Below are positions 37,726 through 47,549 of a stretch of 64,000 nucleotides of DNA, piece by piece; the first letter of the stretch is position 1; each line of letters begins with the position of its first letter. Below the pieces are notes generated by a model. The model worked only from the letters and a program-made list of their open reading frames with translations, was not told the DNA's origin and did not search any database. The translations under genes and the position numbers were made by a program. Origin of the DNA: a bacterium (GTDB lineage Bacteria; Bdellovibrionota_C; UBA2361; CALJRW01); assembly GCA_031385045.1 (NCBI GenBank), contig JANNBC010000025.1, forward strand, positions 54,940 through 118,939. The letters are read 5' to 3'.

Positions 37726-40371
37726 TTATTTTATTGGGTTTTGAATTAAATCTGCAATTAAACTAGTCCAACCTGTTTGATGACTGGCTCCTAATCCTTT
37801 GCCACATTCTCCATGAAAATACTCAAAGAACAAGAGCTGTTCGTTAAAATCAGGATTATTTTGGATTTTTTCATGTAAATTATAGATTGGTCGATGATTA
37901 TTTTCGTTCTTTTTGAAAAGCTTAATTAAGCGATCGCTTAAAAATTGAGCAATCTCTTTTAGCGTCATAAATTGACCAGATCCAGTTGGGCATTCAATTA
38001 AAAAATCATCGGAGTAATAAGAATGAAAGCGTTGTAATGCCTCAATTATTAAATAGTTCATTGGTAGCCAAATTGGCCCACGCCAATTGGAATTTCCTCC
38101 AAACATCTGATTTTCAGATTCTCCCGGCTGATAGTTTAGATTAAACTCATGACCATCAATATTCATCTTAAACGGATGAGCCTCGTGAAATTTTGACATG
38201 GCTCGAATACCATACTCTGATAAGAATTCTTCGGGATCTAACATGCGACTTAATAGTTTCTTCATTCGATGTCCACGAAGTAGGGAGAGAAGTTTACTGG
38301 AGCCTTTCCCCGGTTCATTCCAGCGAGAGACTAGATTGGCAAGCTCTGGGCGATTCTCAAAAAACCAATTCATTTCCAGGCGAAACTTGGGAACTAAATC
38401 TAAAAGCTCTTGATCTAAAACTTCTACAGCGAAAAGGGGAATTAGTCCTACAATGGAACGGACCTTTAGTGGTTTAACTTCACCATTTGGGAGATTTAGA
38501 GCATCATAATAAAACTTATCCTCCTCATCCCAAAGTCCAATCTTTTTCCCCGCCATGTTAGTCATCGCTTCCGAAATTAATAGAAAGTGATGGAAGAATT
38601 TCCCTGCGACTTCTTCATAATTATTATTATGACTAGCAAGTTCAATAGCAATGCGCATTAGGTTAAGTGAATACATTGCCATCCAGCTAGTGGCATCAGC
38701 TTGACTTAAAGAACCTCCCGTTGGCAGTGGGGCACTACGATCAAAAACGGCAATATTATCTAATCCTAGAAAACCTCCATCAAACAGATTGTGTCCCGAG
38801 GAGTCTCGTCGGTTAACCCACCACATGAAATTAATGACTAAACGATGAAAGATTTTTTCTAAAAAATCTAGGTCTCCTTTTTTGAGATGATTTAATCTTT
38901 GATCGTTTTGATAAATTTTCCAGGCAGCCCAAGCATGAACGGGAGGATTCACGTCATTAAAACTCCACTCAAATGCTGGAAGTTGGCCATTGGGATGCAT
39001 ATAAAAATCATTGGTGATTAGTAGCATTTGTTTTTTGGCAAAATCTGGATCTACCAAACTTAATGGAACAGCATGAAAGGCTAGGTCCCAAGCAGCATAC
39101 CAAGGATACTCCCACTTATCAGGCATAGAAATAATGTCCTCATTAACTAAGTGTTGCCATTCAGAGTTGCGACGATTCACTCGTGCAGGATTTGCTGTCG
39201 GACCAAGGACATCACCATCAAGCCAGTCTTTTACGTCGTAATAATAAAATTGTTTGTTCCAAAGCAGACCAGCTAAAGCTTCCCGATGGATTCGCTTATT
39301 TTCTTCGTTATTGATTTTATTTTGTAAGGTATCGAAAAATGACTGATTCTCAGCCACTCTTTCCTCGAAGTGTTTGGAAAAATCATCAAAGTTGATTGAC
39401 TCTGAGTCCTTACTCAGGATTAAACGAAAAACCTGAGTTGATTTTCCATTAATTTCTGCTCGAAAACGAAATGCTGCTTTAGTACCAGTTCCAGATTTTG
39501 TAACACTATTCTGTTCCTGATTTACTATGTAATCATTAAAACCATCTTTAAAATGTGTTACATTCCCTAGTGCATGGGGAACCCTTTCTGGATTTGATTC
39601 ATTATTAGATATTAATATTTCTTGCGGGTTTTCGGCCTTTAGATAATAAGTTCCCAATTCGGGGTGTTCAATTTTCAGACAGTCATTTCCTTGGCTTGTA
39701 ATTGTTGGCAAGAGTTCCGGAAAGCTCCAAGACCAGGTATTTCTAAACCAGATTTGAGGGAGAATATCTAAAACTGCTTTTTCTAGAGAATAATTTTCAG
39801 CTGAAAGCTTAATTAAGGTGCAATAGGGGGAAGCTTTGGCGTACTCTAAGGTTAAATTAAAGTAGTTTCCTTGATCGAAGATACCCGTATCAATTAGCTC
39901 ATATTCTGGATCCTTTTTGCTTAACTCCTGTGCTTTTCTTGTTAGCTGCTCATAAGGGAAGGCGTGATGCGGATATTTATAGAGCATCTTTTGGTAGGAG
40001 TGCACAGGATTATTATCAAGATAGTAATAGTACTCCTTAACATCCTCACCATGATTACCTTGATTACCTGTTAGTCCAAAAAAACGCTCTTTAATAATTG
40101 GATCTTTCTGATTCCAAAAAGCAAAACTAAAACAGAGAAGTTGATGTTCATCGCTAATTCCCCCAATGCCATCTTCTCCCCAACGATAGGCATAGCTCCG
40201 AGCGAGGTCATGAGAGATGTGTTCCCAGGCGGATCCGTCAGTACTATAATCTTCGCGAACAGTACCCCATTGTCTGTCAGATAAATACGGGCCCCAATAT
40301 TTCCAGTTAGCATATTCGCCATCTGATTTCATTAAGGGATTTTTGATAAAATTCATGATATTTTTTTGCAT
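37726..40371 (-). CDS. GH63/MGH1-like glucosidase
   Basis: WGPYLSDRQWGTVREDYS, MPDKWEYPW, GGFLGLDNI, NWRGPIW, GASHQTGWT. Confidence 0.9.
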   Translation of the reverse strand: MQKNIMNFIKNPLMKSDGEYANWKYWGPYLSDRQWGTVREDYSTDGSAWEHISHDLARSYAYRWGEDGIGGISDEHQLLCFSFAFWNQKDPIIKERFFGLTGNQGNHGEDVKEYYYYLDNNPVHSYQKMLYKYPHHAFPYEQLTRKAQELSKKDPEYELIDTGIFDQGNYFNLTLEYAKASPYCTLIKLSAENYSLEKAVLDILPQIWFRNTWSWSFPELLPTITSQGNDCLKIEHPELGTYYLKAENPQEILISNNESNPERVPHALGNVTHFKDGFNDYIVNQEQNSVTKSGTGTKAAFRFRAEINGKSTQVFRLILSKDSESINFDDFSKHFEERVAENQSFFDTLQNKINNEENKRIHREALAGLLWNKQFYYYDVKDWLDGDVLGPTANPARVNRRNSEWQHLVNEDIISMPDKWEYPWYAAWDLAFHAVPLSLVDPDFAKKQMLLITNDFYMHPNGQLPAFEWSFNDVNPPVHAWAAWKIYQNDQRLNHLKKGDLDFLEKIFHRLVINFMWWVNRRDSSGHNLFDGGFLGLDNIAVFDRSAPLPTGGSLSQADATSWMAMYSLNLMRIAIELASHNNNYEEVAGKFFHHFLLISEAMTNMAGKKIGLWDEEDKFYYDALNLPNGEVKPLKVRSIVGLIPLFAVEVLDQELLDLVPKFRLEMNWFFENRPELANLVSRWNEPGKGSSKLLSLLRGHRMKKLLSRMLDPEEFLSEYGIRAMSKFHEAHPFKMNIDGHEFNLNYQPGESENQMFGGNSNWRGPIWLPMNYLIIEALQRFHSYYSDDFLIECPTGSGQFMTLKEIAQFLSDRLIKLFKKNENNHRPIYNLHEKIQNNPDFNEQLLFFEYFHGECGKGLGASHQTGWTSLIADLIQNPIK

Positions 40372-40914
40372 TACTAATTGACTATTTCTAACTCATACCT
40401 TACATTTACAACAGTTCTTAGTTTTAAGAATGTAAAGATATTGGGTTTGCCAATATGATGCTAGTTGGTTCTGCTTGTTTTTAAATTTTACAACAACTTC
40501 TAGCCTGCAATTCTAGAAAAATTAAAATATTTTTCCACTTTTAAAATGGTAAAATACCATTTTTGTTCGGTACAAACATAGACGCAACTACTCAGTAATC
40601 TCTTCTATTTGTTTTCGGAGATTTCTGAGTATCAGTACAGCTTTTTTACTGATGCTTAGGCAGTTATTGGGAAGCCGTCGTCGCATTTCAAGCCTGTAAA
40701 ACTTTAATCGAAGTTCAAAAAGTGAAAAAGTTAATCATCCTAATGTGAGTTATTAGGTGGATCGGCTTTAAATCTTTTTTTATTGATCTGGAAATTGGCC
40801 TGGCTAATTCAAGCTTGGATAAATCCAAGATTAAAGTTTCTGATAGCGACATAAAATGTGGTGAACCGCATAGAATAATTTATGTGATTCATTGATCTAG
40901 TTTCAAAAAATATA

Positions 40915-42198
40915 ATGAAAGTATTAATGTTAGGTTGGGAATATCCGCCCCAGATTGCTGGAGGTCTAGGTATGGCCTGTGAAGGTTTAACCAGAGCACT
41001 CTCAGGGCAAGATTTGGATATTACCTTTGTGGTTCCGCAACTCTACGGTCAAGAGCAAGCTTCCCACATGAAATTAGTAGATAGCTACACACTCCCTGAT
41101 ACATTTGAATCGATTGTTGCGGAGCGAGTTGAACGTGTTTATGTCCCTGCTAATTTAAAGCCTTACTGGAGTAATGAAGAATATCTTACCAGTCTAAGAG
41201 CCCTAGAATCAATTCAAGAATATGATTTATCGGTTCCCGTCGCGGCGCGAGCTCTTAATCGTCCGGCCGGAAATGTTCATTATGGTTGGAACTTAATGGA
41301 AGAGGTGCGTTTTTACGCGGATCGCGTTGTTCATGCTTTTGCGGAACAGGAATTTGATTTAATTCATGCCCATGACTGGATGACTTTTCCAGCAGCCGTT
41401 GCTTTAGCAAAATTAACAGGACGACCATTAATTGTGCACGTTCATAGTTTAGAGTCTGATCGAAGTGGCTTTGGTAGTAATCAAGAAATTGAAGCTGTGG
41501 AAAGAATGGGATTTAATCTGGCAAGTAAGATTATTGCAGTTAGCCACTATACCAAGAATAAAATCAAAAAGTTTTTTGGAATCCAGGATGATAAGATTAG
41601 TGTTGTGCATAATGGTATTTATGGGAAGAGAACTAAACAACATTACATCAGTCAAAAAACAGACGATCAAAAAATTGTCTTATTTTTGGGGCGAGTAACT
41701 TATCAAAAAGGACCGGAGTATTTTGTTCGTGCAGCTCAAAAAGTAATCTCGGAATATCACAATGTTAAATTTGTTTTAGCTGGGAGTGGTGATCAGTTAG
41801 ATTCTGTGAAGCAATTAGCTAGAGATCTTGGTGTTAATGATTACTTTAATTTTCCAGGATTTATCCGAGGAGAGCAAATTGAGGCTAGCTATAATAATGC
41901 CGATCTTTATGTAATGCCCTCGGTCTCTGAACCTTTTGGTTTGACAGCCTTAGAGGCTGCAAGTTTTTCAACACCAATTTTGATATCTAAACAATCTGGC
42001 GTGTCAGAAGTGATTAATAATTCATTAAAGTTTGATTATTGGGATATTGATCGCCTAGCCGATTTAATTGTTAATGCCTTAAAACATGAGGAGTTGCGTC
42101 AGGAACTTGTTATGATGGCCGGACAGGAGCTTAAATCTGTGCGTTGGGATGTAGCTGCTAAAAAGACCAGAGAGATTTATCATGAATTAGGGAAATAG
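40915..42198 (+). CDS. GT4 glycosyltransferase (glycogen synthase-like)
   Basis: GWEYPP..AGGLG, HAHDWMT, GRVTYQKG, PSVSEPFG. Confidence 0.9.
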   Translation: MKVLMLGWEYPPQIAGGLGMACEGLTRALSGQDLDITFVVPQLYGQEQASHMKLVDSYTLPDTFESIVAERVERVYVPANLKPYWSNEEYLTSLRALESIQEYDLSVPVAARALNRPAGNVHYGWNLMEEVRFYADRVVHAFAEQEFDLIHAHDWMTFPAAVALAKLTGRPLIVHVHSLESDRSGFGSNQEIEAVERMGFNLASKIIAVSHYTKNKIKKFFGIQDDKISVVHNGIYGKRTKQHYISQKTDDQKIVLFLGRVTYQKGPEYFVRAAQKVISEYHNVKFVLAGSGDQLDSVKQLARDLGVNDYFNFPGFIRGEQIEASYNNADLYVMPSVSEPFGLTALEAASFSTPILISKQSGVSEVINNSLKFDYWDIDRLADLIVNALKHEELRQELVMMAGQELKSVRWDVAAKKTREIYHELGK

Positions 42199-42200
42199 AG

Positions 42201-43400
42201 ATGTCATCAGTTTGTTTTTACTTCCAAGTACATCAGCCATTTAGGTTAAAGAAGTTTTCTGTTTTTAATCAACAAAATGATTTAGATTATTTTTCCCCAG
42301 ATAATGAGGTAATCTTAAAAAAAGTAGCTGAGAAATGCTACCTTCCGACCAACCAGGTTATTTACGATCTGATTCAAAAGTACCCTGATAAATTCCGAGT
42401 TAGTTTTTCACTTAGTGGTGTCGCAATTGAACAATTTGAAAAGTATTCGCCAGAAACTTTGGATAGTTTTAAGCGACTAGTTGCGACAGGTAACGTGGAG
42501 ATATTAGGGGAGACATATTATCACTCGCTAGCTGCTGTTTATGACAAGGAGGAGTTTTATGCACAAGTTAAAAAACATAGCGATTGTGTCAAAAAGCATT
42601 TTGGAGTGACACCGCAGGTCTTTCGAAATACTGAATTGATTTATCAAGACTATATCGGACAGATGGTCAGCGATTTAGGCTTCAAAGCGATCGTGGCGGA
42701 AGGTGCTGATGATGTTTTAGACTGGAGAAGTCCCAACTTCATTTATCAAGTTCCCGGACGAGACTGCTCTTTAATGTTAAAGAATTACCGTTTATCTGAT
42801 GACGTTGCCTTTCGCTTTTCTAACCAAGGCTGGAAGGAATTCCCATTAACTGCTGAGAAATTTGCTTCTTGGGTTCATCAAATCAGTGGTGGCGGAGATG
42901 TTCTTAATTTATTTATGGACTACGAAACATTTGGAGAGCATCAGTGGGCCAATACGGGTATCTTTGATTTTCTCTGGCATTTGCCCGAATTTGTTTTGCG
43001 TCATCCAGATTGGGAGTTTGCGACGATTTCAGAAGCAATAGCCAAGTATCCACGAGTTTCAGAAATGCATTTTGGTCGTCTTACTTCTTGGGCTGATTTG
43101 GAGCGGGACCTAACTGCCTGGAATGGAAATCAGATACAGCAAAAAAGTTTAAGACAGATCTACGAAATTAAGGATTTAGTTTTAAAATCAGAAAGTAATA
43201 GTCTAATTGACACTTGGAGAAAGATTCAGACATCCGATCATTATTACTATATGTGCACAAAGTGGTTTGCCGATGGGGATGTGCACGCTTATTTTAGCCC
43301 TTATGACAGCCCTTACGATGCATTTATTAACTTTCAGAATGTCTTAGCAAATTTTAGTCAGCTCTTAGCAAAGCAACTAAAAACTGAGTACAGGTTGTAA
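42201..43400 (+). CDS. GH57 alpha-amylase
   Basis: FQVHQP, ETYYHSL, FRNTE, MDYETFGEH, QTSDHYYYM. Confidence 0.92.
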   Translation: MSSVCFYFQVHQPFRLKKFSVFNQQNDLDYFSPDNEVILKKVAEKCYLPTNQVIYDLIQKYPDKFRVSFSLSGVAIEQFEKYSPETLDSFKRLVATGNVEILGETYYHSLAAVYDKEEFYAQVKKHSDCVKKHFGVTPQVFRNTELIYQDYIGQMVSDLGFKAIVAEGADDVLDWRSPNFIYQVPGRDCSLMLKNYRLSDDVAFRFSNQGWKEFPLTAEKFASWVHQISGGGDVLNLFMDYETFGEHQWANTGIFDFLWHLPEFVLRHPDWEFATISEAIAKYPRVSEMHFGRLTSWADLERDLTAWNGNQIQQKSLRQIYEIKDLVLKSESNSLIDTWRKIQTSDHYYYMCTKWFADGDVHAYFSPYDSPYDAFINFQNVLANFSQLLAKQLKTEYRL

Positions 43401-43423
43401 GGGTGAGGCTAGTTTTCCGATCA

Positions 43424-43446
43424 GCCTTCGCCCATTGGGCTTCGGC
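43424..43446. repeat. REP-like hairpin (copy 3)
   Basis: gccttcgcccattgggcttcggc, between convergent genes. Confidence 0.6.
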
Positions 43447-43493
43447 CAGATAGTTTTGTTCCACTTTTTATTAAATTTTTAATTGAAACAACT

Positions 43494-43718
43494 CTAGTGA
43501 ATATGTTCGGAGTATTTACCAACCTCAACACTCTTTTCCATTTCTTGTACTAAAGCGTAGATCTTTTCTCTTATTTCATCAGCTAATACCGCCATTAAGG
43601 TTCCTGTTTGGGAAATGGCATTGTCCGTATGAACTGTTTCCTTAGCTACCCATTCAGCAGAATTCATTAAATGATCAATCTTGCTGGAGATTTCTTGTAA
43701 TTTATTAACAGATTTCAT
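43494..43718 (-). CDS. small helical hypothetical protein
   Basis: 74-aa ATG-initiated ORF with an amphipathic helix pattern. Confidence 0.6.
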   Translation of the reverse strand: MKSVNKLQEISSKIDHLMNSAEWVAKETVHTDNAISQTGTLMAVLADEIREKIYALVQEMEKSVEVGKYSEHIH

Positions 43719-44011
43719 TGTAAACCCTTTGTGCTTAAAACCTTTAACTTTAATCAGAATTACATCTCTGATCTGTGTACTTTATAAGATGCAGATAAAT
43801 GTTAATTTTACGCATCAATCAAAATCATGGATTATCGGAAAAGGAGAGCGGAAGAGCTATTAAGGAAACTTGGAAGGTCTTGAACTAGCTGATTTTTAAA
43901 GGGTTTTTAACCTTTAAATTAATTTAAGGTACAAGCCTAGAAGCATTTTAGCTGCTAATTTTAATAGATTTTTTTTACATTTTTTTACAGTTTGAATGCC
44001 TAAGCAGTGTT

Positions 44012-44287
44012 CTATAGTCATTCCTAAAAGTAATTTCCGTTAGGAAATTAAAATCATAGAGTTATGACTATAGTAGCGACCAGAGGATTTAACCTCCGAA
44101 GCCTGAAAGGCGAAGGAGGTAGTCAAAAGAAAAATATAGTAATCCCAAGAATAAACTCTGTTAAACCGAAGGTTTAGCAAGGATTGTTCTTGAATTATAC
44201 TAGTTCCTTCAGGGATTCAATAGACTCCTGGGGTATTTATTTTTGCTGATTTTCGGAAATTACTTTTTGGGTTTACTATATTTGACT
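44012..44287. mobile_element. composite MITE-like palindromic cluster containing REP-like copy 4 (44092-44120)
   Basis: Imperfect terminal IR tatagtcattcctaaaagtaatttccg / cggaaattactttttgggtttactata. Modules are shared with 52036-52180. Confidence 0.55.
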
Positions 44288-44423
44288 AATTCTCCAGCAA
44301 GCTTTGTGACTCTTAGTCAAAATTGTGGTGCCGAAGCAAGCTCAATTGCTAATAAAAAACTTAATTTACAATTAGAACTTCTGATGTTAAAAATATCCTA
44401 AGTAATTTCTTGTTTATTTCTCT

Positions 44424-44492
44424 GTGAAAAATACAATCTTAAAATCAGCTCTAGTCTCTTCAATCTTTCGGCCAATACTTTGGTGGCGTTAA
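44424..44492 (+). CDS. trpL: trp operon leader peptide MKNTILKSALVSSIFRPILWWR
   Basis: GTG-start 22-codon ORF ending TGG TGG CGT TAA, 61 nt upstream of trpE. Confidence 0.75.
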   Translation: MKNTILKSALVSSIFRPILWWR

Positions 44493-44553
44493 GCCATATT
44501 TCCTTTTCCCACTTAATTTCCTAAACTAATTTACGAATACCTAATGATTTTTT

Positions 44554-45978
44554 ATGTCAGCTTTGAAACAATTTAATATTACACCAGAAGTTCAGTCCTT
44601 AAAGTTTGATTTTGGTTCGGTCGTAAATCTTTATGATCGAGTCAGAGAATTATATCCCCATACTTTTTTACTAGAAGCGACTGATTATCTACCAGATGAA
44701 AACTGCTTTAGTTATATTGGATTAAATCCAATTGCTACCTTTAAGGTTACTGGTGAGAGTTATCTGATTGAAGACCCAGCAGGGCAAGTTAGTGTAAACA
44801 AGTTCGATCAACGATCCGAGCTAATTACTCGTTTTGCAGATTTTCAAAATCTTTTTAATTATCAAGACCAAAGTGAATTAGGAATTGCCAATGGTTTCTT
44901 TGGTTACTTGGCATATGACGCGGTACAGTATTTTGATAGCTTAGATTTTAAGCCCGCTAGCTCCGCAACAATCCCGGAAGCTTATTATCATATTTATGAA
45001 TTTATTTTTGCTGTTAATCACTATCGTCAAGAGGCCTATATTCTAAAAAATAAGATTGCTGGGTTGGAATTTAGTAAGCTTAGTATTAATGATTTAATTC
45101 AGTTAATTGCTAGACAGTCGCAACAAAAAAATAATTATTTTAAAGTGAATGGGGAAGTTCGATCGAATCTTACAGATCAACAACACCAAGAGATAATCCT
45201 TAATTGCCAGAAACATATTCAACGAGGGGATATCTTTCAAGTTGTACCCTCCCGCAGTTATTCCCAAGATTTTTTAGGAGACGATTATTTAGTATACCGT
45301 GCGCTTCGTCAAATAAACCCATCTCCCTATCTTTTTTATTTTGATTTTGGAACGTTTAGAATTTTTGGATCTTCTCCCGAGGCAGATTTAATTATTAAGG
45401 ACCGGCAGGCGCTAATTAATCCGATTGCTGGCACTTGCCCAAATTACGAAAATCTGGCGGAACGTGAGCAGGCAATTAAAGAGTTAGTCAATGATCCCAA
45501 GGAAAATTCTGAGCATGTCATGTTAGTGGATTTGGCGAGGAATGATTTAAATAAAAACTGTGATCAGGTTCGAGTAGATAAATATAAAGAGGTGCAGGTT
45601 TTCTCGCATGTGATCCATTTAGTTTCTGAAGTTAGTGGGAAATTAAAACCAGAAGTAAGTGCCTTTCAGTTACTAGCAGATACTTTTCCTGCGGGAACAT
45701 TAACCGGAGCTCCAAAATTTAGAGCGATGCAGATTATTGATCAACAAGAGCCGGATCGGCGCGAGTTTTATGGCGGGGCAATCGGCCTCCTTGGATTTAA
45801 CGGAGATTGTGTTCATGCGATTATGATTAGATCATTTCTAAGTCGCAATTTTATCTTAACTCGGCGTGCTGGTGGTGGAGTAGTCAGTGAATCTAAGGTT
45901 GAGGCGGAAATAACAGAGGTTCGTAATAAACTTGGAGCCCTAGAGAAAGCAATTAGATTAGCAGCGGAACCTTTATAA
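44554..45978 (+). CDS. trpE: anthranilate synthase component I
   Basis: GDIFQVV, NPSPY, GSSPE, PIAGT, EHVMLVDLARND, FPAGTLTGAPK. Confidence 0.95.
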   Translation: MSALKQFNITPEVQSLKFDFGSVVNLYDRVRELYPHTFLLEATDYLPDENCFSYIGLNPIATFKVTGESYLIEDPAGQVSVNKFDQRSELITRFADFQNLFNYQDQSELGIANGFFGYLAYDAVQYFDSLDFKPASSATIPEAYYHIYEFIFAVNHYRQEAYILKNKIAGLEFSKLSINDLIQLIARQSQQKNNYFKVNGEVRSNLTDQQHQEIILNCQKHIQRGDIFQVVPSRSYSQDFLGDDYLVYRALRQINPSPYLFYFDFGTFRIFGSSPEADLIIKDRQALINPIAGTCPNYENLAEREQAIKELVNDPKENSEHVMLVDLARNDLNKNCDQVRVDKYKEVQVFSHVIHLVSEVSGKLKPEVSAFQLLADTFPAGTLTGAPKFRAMQIIDQQEPDRREFYGGAIGLLGFNGDCVHAIMIRSFLSRNFILTRRAGGGVVSESKVEAEITEVRNKLGALEKAIRLAAEPL

Positions 45979-45991
45979 TTTTGATGATACA

Positions 45992-46564
45992 ATGAAAATT
46001 TTAATTATCGATAACTATGACTCCTTTACTTATAATTTAGTCCAACTGGTTAAGGAGAATTCTAATCATGAAATTTTTGTTCTAAGGAATGATGCTTTTG
46101 AGTTAGATGATATCAAGCAGTATGATAAAATTATTCTTTCCCCTGGGCCTGGATTGCCGTCCGAGGCAGGTTTAATGCCAGAAGTTGTGCGTTCTTACGC
46201 TGGGATTAAACCAATCTTAGGAGTTTGCTTAGGACACCAGTGTATCGGTGAAGTTTTTGGAGCTAAGCTCAAAAACCTAAGTAAGGTTGTTCATGGTAAG
46301 GGAGTAGAGACAAAAATTACTAATTCTGAGACCTATTTATTTAAGAATTTACCAAAAGTAATTATAACTGGTCGTTATCATTCTTGGGTTGTTGATGATC
46401 TGGATTTGCCAGATTGTTTAGAGGTTACAGCGGTTGATGCAGAAAATGTGATCATGGCTTTAAAACATAAGGTCTATGATATTCAAGGTGTTCAGTTTCA
46501 TCCGGAATCTGTTTTGACTCCTGTTGGTAAAATTATTATCAAAAACTGGTTAGAGCATGCTTAG
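45992..46564 (+). CDS. trpG: anthranilate synthase component II
   Basis: IDNYDSFT, SPGPG, GVCLGHQ, RYHS, QFHPES. Confidence 0.95.
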   Translation: MKILIIDNYDSFTYNLVQLVKENSNHEIFVLRNDAFELDDIKQYDKIILSPGPGLPSEAGLMPEVVRSYAGIKPILGVCLGHQCIGEVFGAKLKNLSKVVHGKGVETKITNSETYLFKNLPKVIITGRYHSWVVDDLDLPDCLEVTAVDAENVIMALKHKVYDIQGVQFHPESVLTPVGKIIIKNWLEHA

Positions 46565-47549
46565 TAGATTAATTAATCAAGAAGTCCTGTCGCAAGAGGA
46601 ATCATTAAACTTAATGAGAATGATTGCTAACGGTAATTTGCCAGAATCAGAGCTAGCTGCAATTTTAACAGCATACAAACTTCGACCGATTTCTGTTCCT
46701 GAGTTATTAGGTTTTAGGGCTGGGATTTTAGAATATGCAATAAGACCAGAGATTGGCAGTCAAGAGTTAATTGATGTTTGTGGGACAGGTGGAGATGGTA
46801 AGGATACCTTTAACATTTCGACACTCAGTGCTCTAGTTTTAGCAGGTCTGGGTATTCCTGTTGCAAAGCATGGTAATAATTCTTTCTCTTCTAAGTGTGG
46901 TTCTTCTAATCTGCTTCAGGAGTTAGGAATTAATTTATCAGCAGATTCAAAAGTCTTAGATAAATCCTTAAGAGAGACCAATATTTGTTTTTTACATGCG
47001 CCATTATTTCATCCGGCACTTAAAAATGTAGCTAACGTTCGTAAACAATTAGGCTTTCGGACAATCTTTAATTTATTAGGTCCATTAGTTAATCCCTTAG
47101 AGCCCGAGTATCAATTAACCGGTGTGGCAAATTTAGCGATATTAAATCTTTATCAACAGGTCTTTGCTGAAATTAATAAAAACTATGCCATTGTCCATGC
47201 CTATGATGGTTATGATGAAATTTCATTAACGGGGAAATTTATTGTTATTAGCAATAAATTTACTTTGGAAATTTTTCCGGAAGAGCTAGGACTCCAACGT
47301 GTTTCGGCCGAGTCGCTATCTGGTGGCGAGACAGTCGCTAGCTCTTCAGAAATTTTTAAGAAAATTATTGCCGGAAATGGTTCTCCCGAACAAAAATCAG
47401 TTGTCGCAATTAATGTTGCCACAGCTATAAAATTAAAAAAATCAGGAATTGCTTGGAGTGCTGCGTATCAACAAGCCATAAGTTTACTAGGGACTAATAA
47501 GCTAGAACAATTAGTTGATGATTTAGTAAAAATTACCAATGGCAATTAA
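46557..47549 (+). CDS. trpD: anthranilate phosphoribosyltransferase
   Basis: DVCGTGGDG..TFNIST, KHGN, RTIFNLLGP. Confidence 0.95.
   Translation: MLSRLINQEVLSQEESLNLMRMIANGNLPESELAAILTAYKLRPISVPELLGFRAGILEYAIRPEIGSQELIDVCGTGGDGKDTFNISTLSALVLAGLGIPVAKHGNNSFSSKCGSSNLLQELGINLSADSKVLDKSLRETNICFLHAPLFHPALKNVANVRKQLGFRTIFNLLGPLVNPLEPEYQLTGVANLAILNLYQQVFAEINKNYAIVHAYDGYDEISLTGKFIVISNKFTLEIFPEELGLQRVSAESLSGGETVASSSEIFKKIIAGNGSPEQKSVVAINVATAIKLKKSGIAWSAAYQQAISLLGTNKLEQLVDDLVKITNGN

Noticed and set aside
44290..44553. T-box or classical terminator/antiterminator upstream of trpE
   Set aside because: The tggtggc sequence is the Trp-Trp codons, not a full T-box (AGGGUGGNACCGCG), and no terminator stem with U-tract is present.
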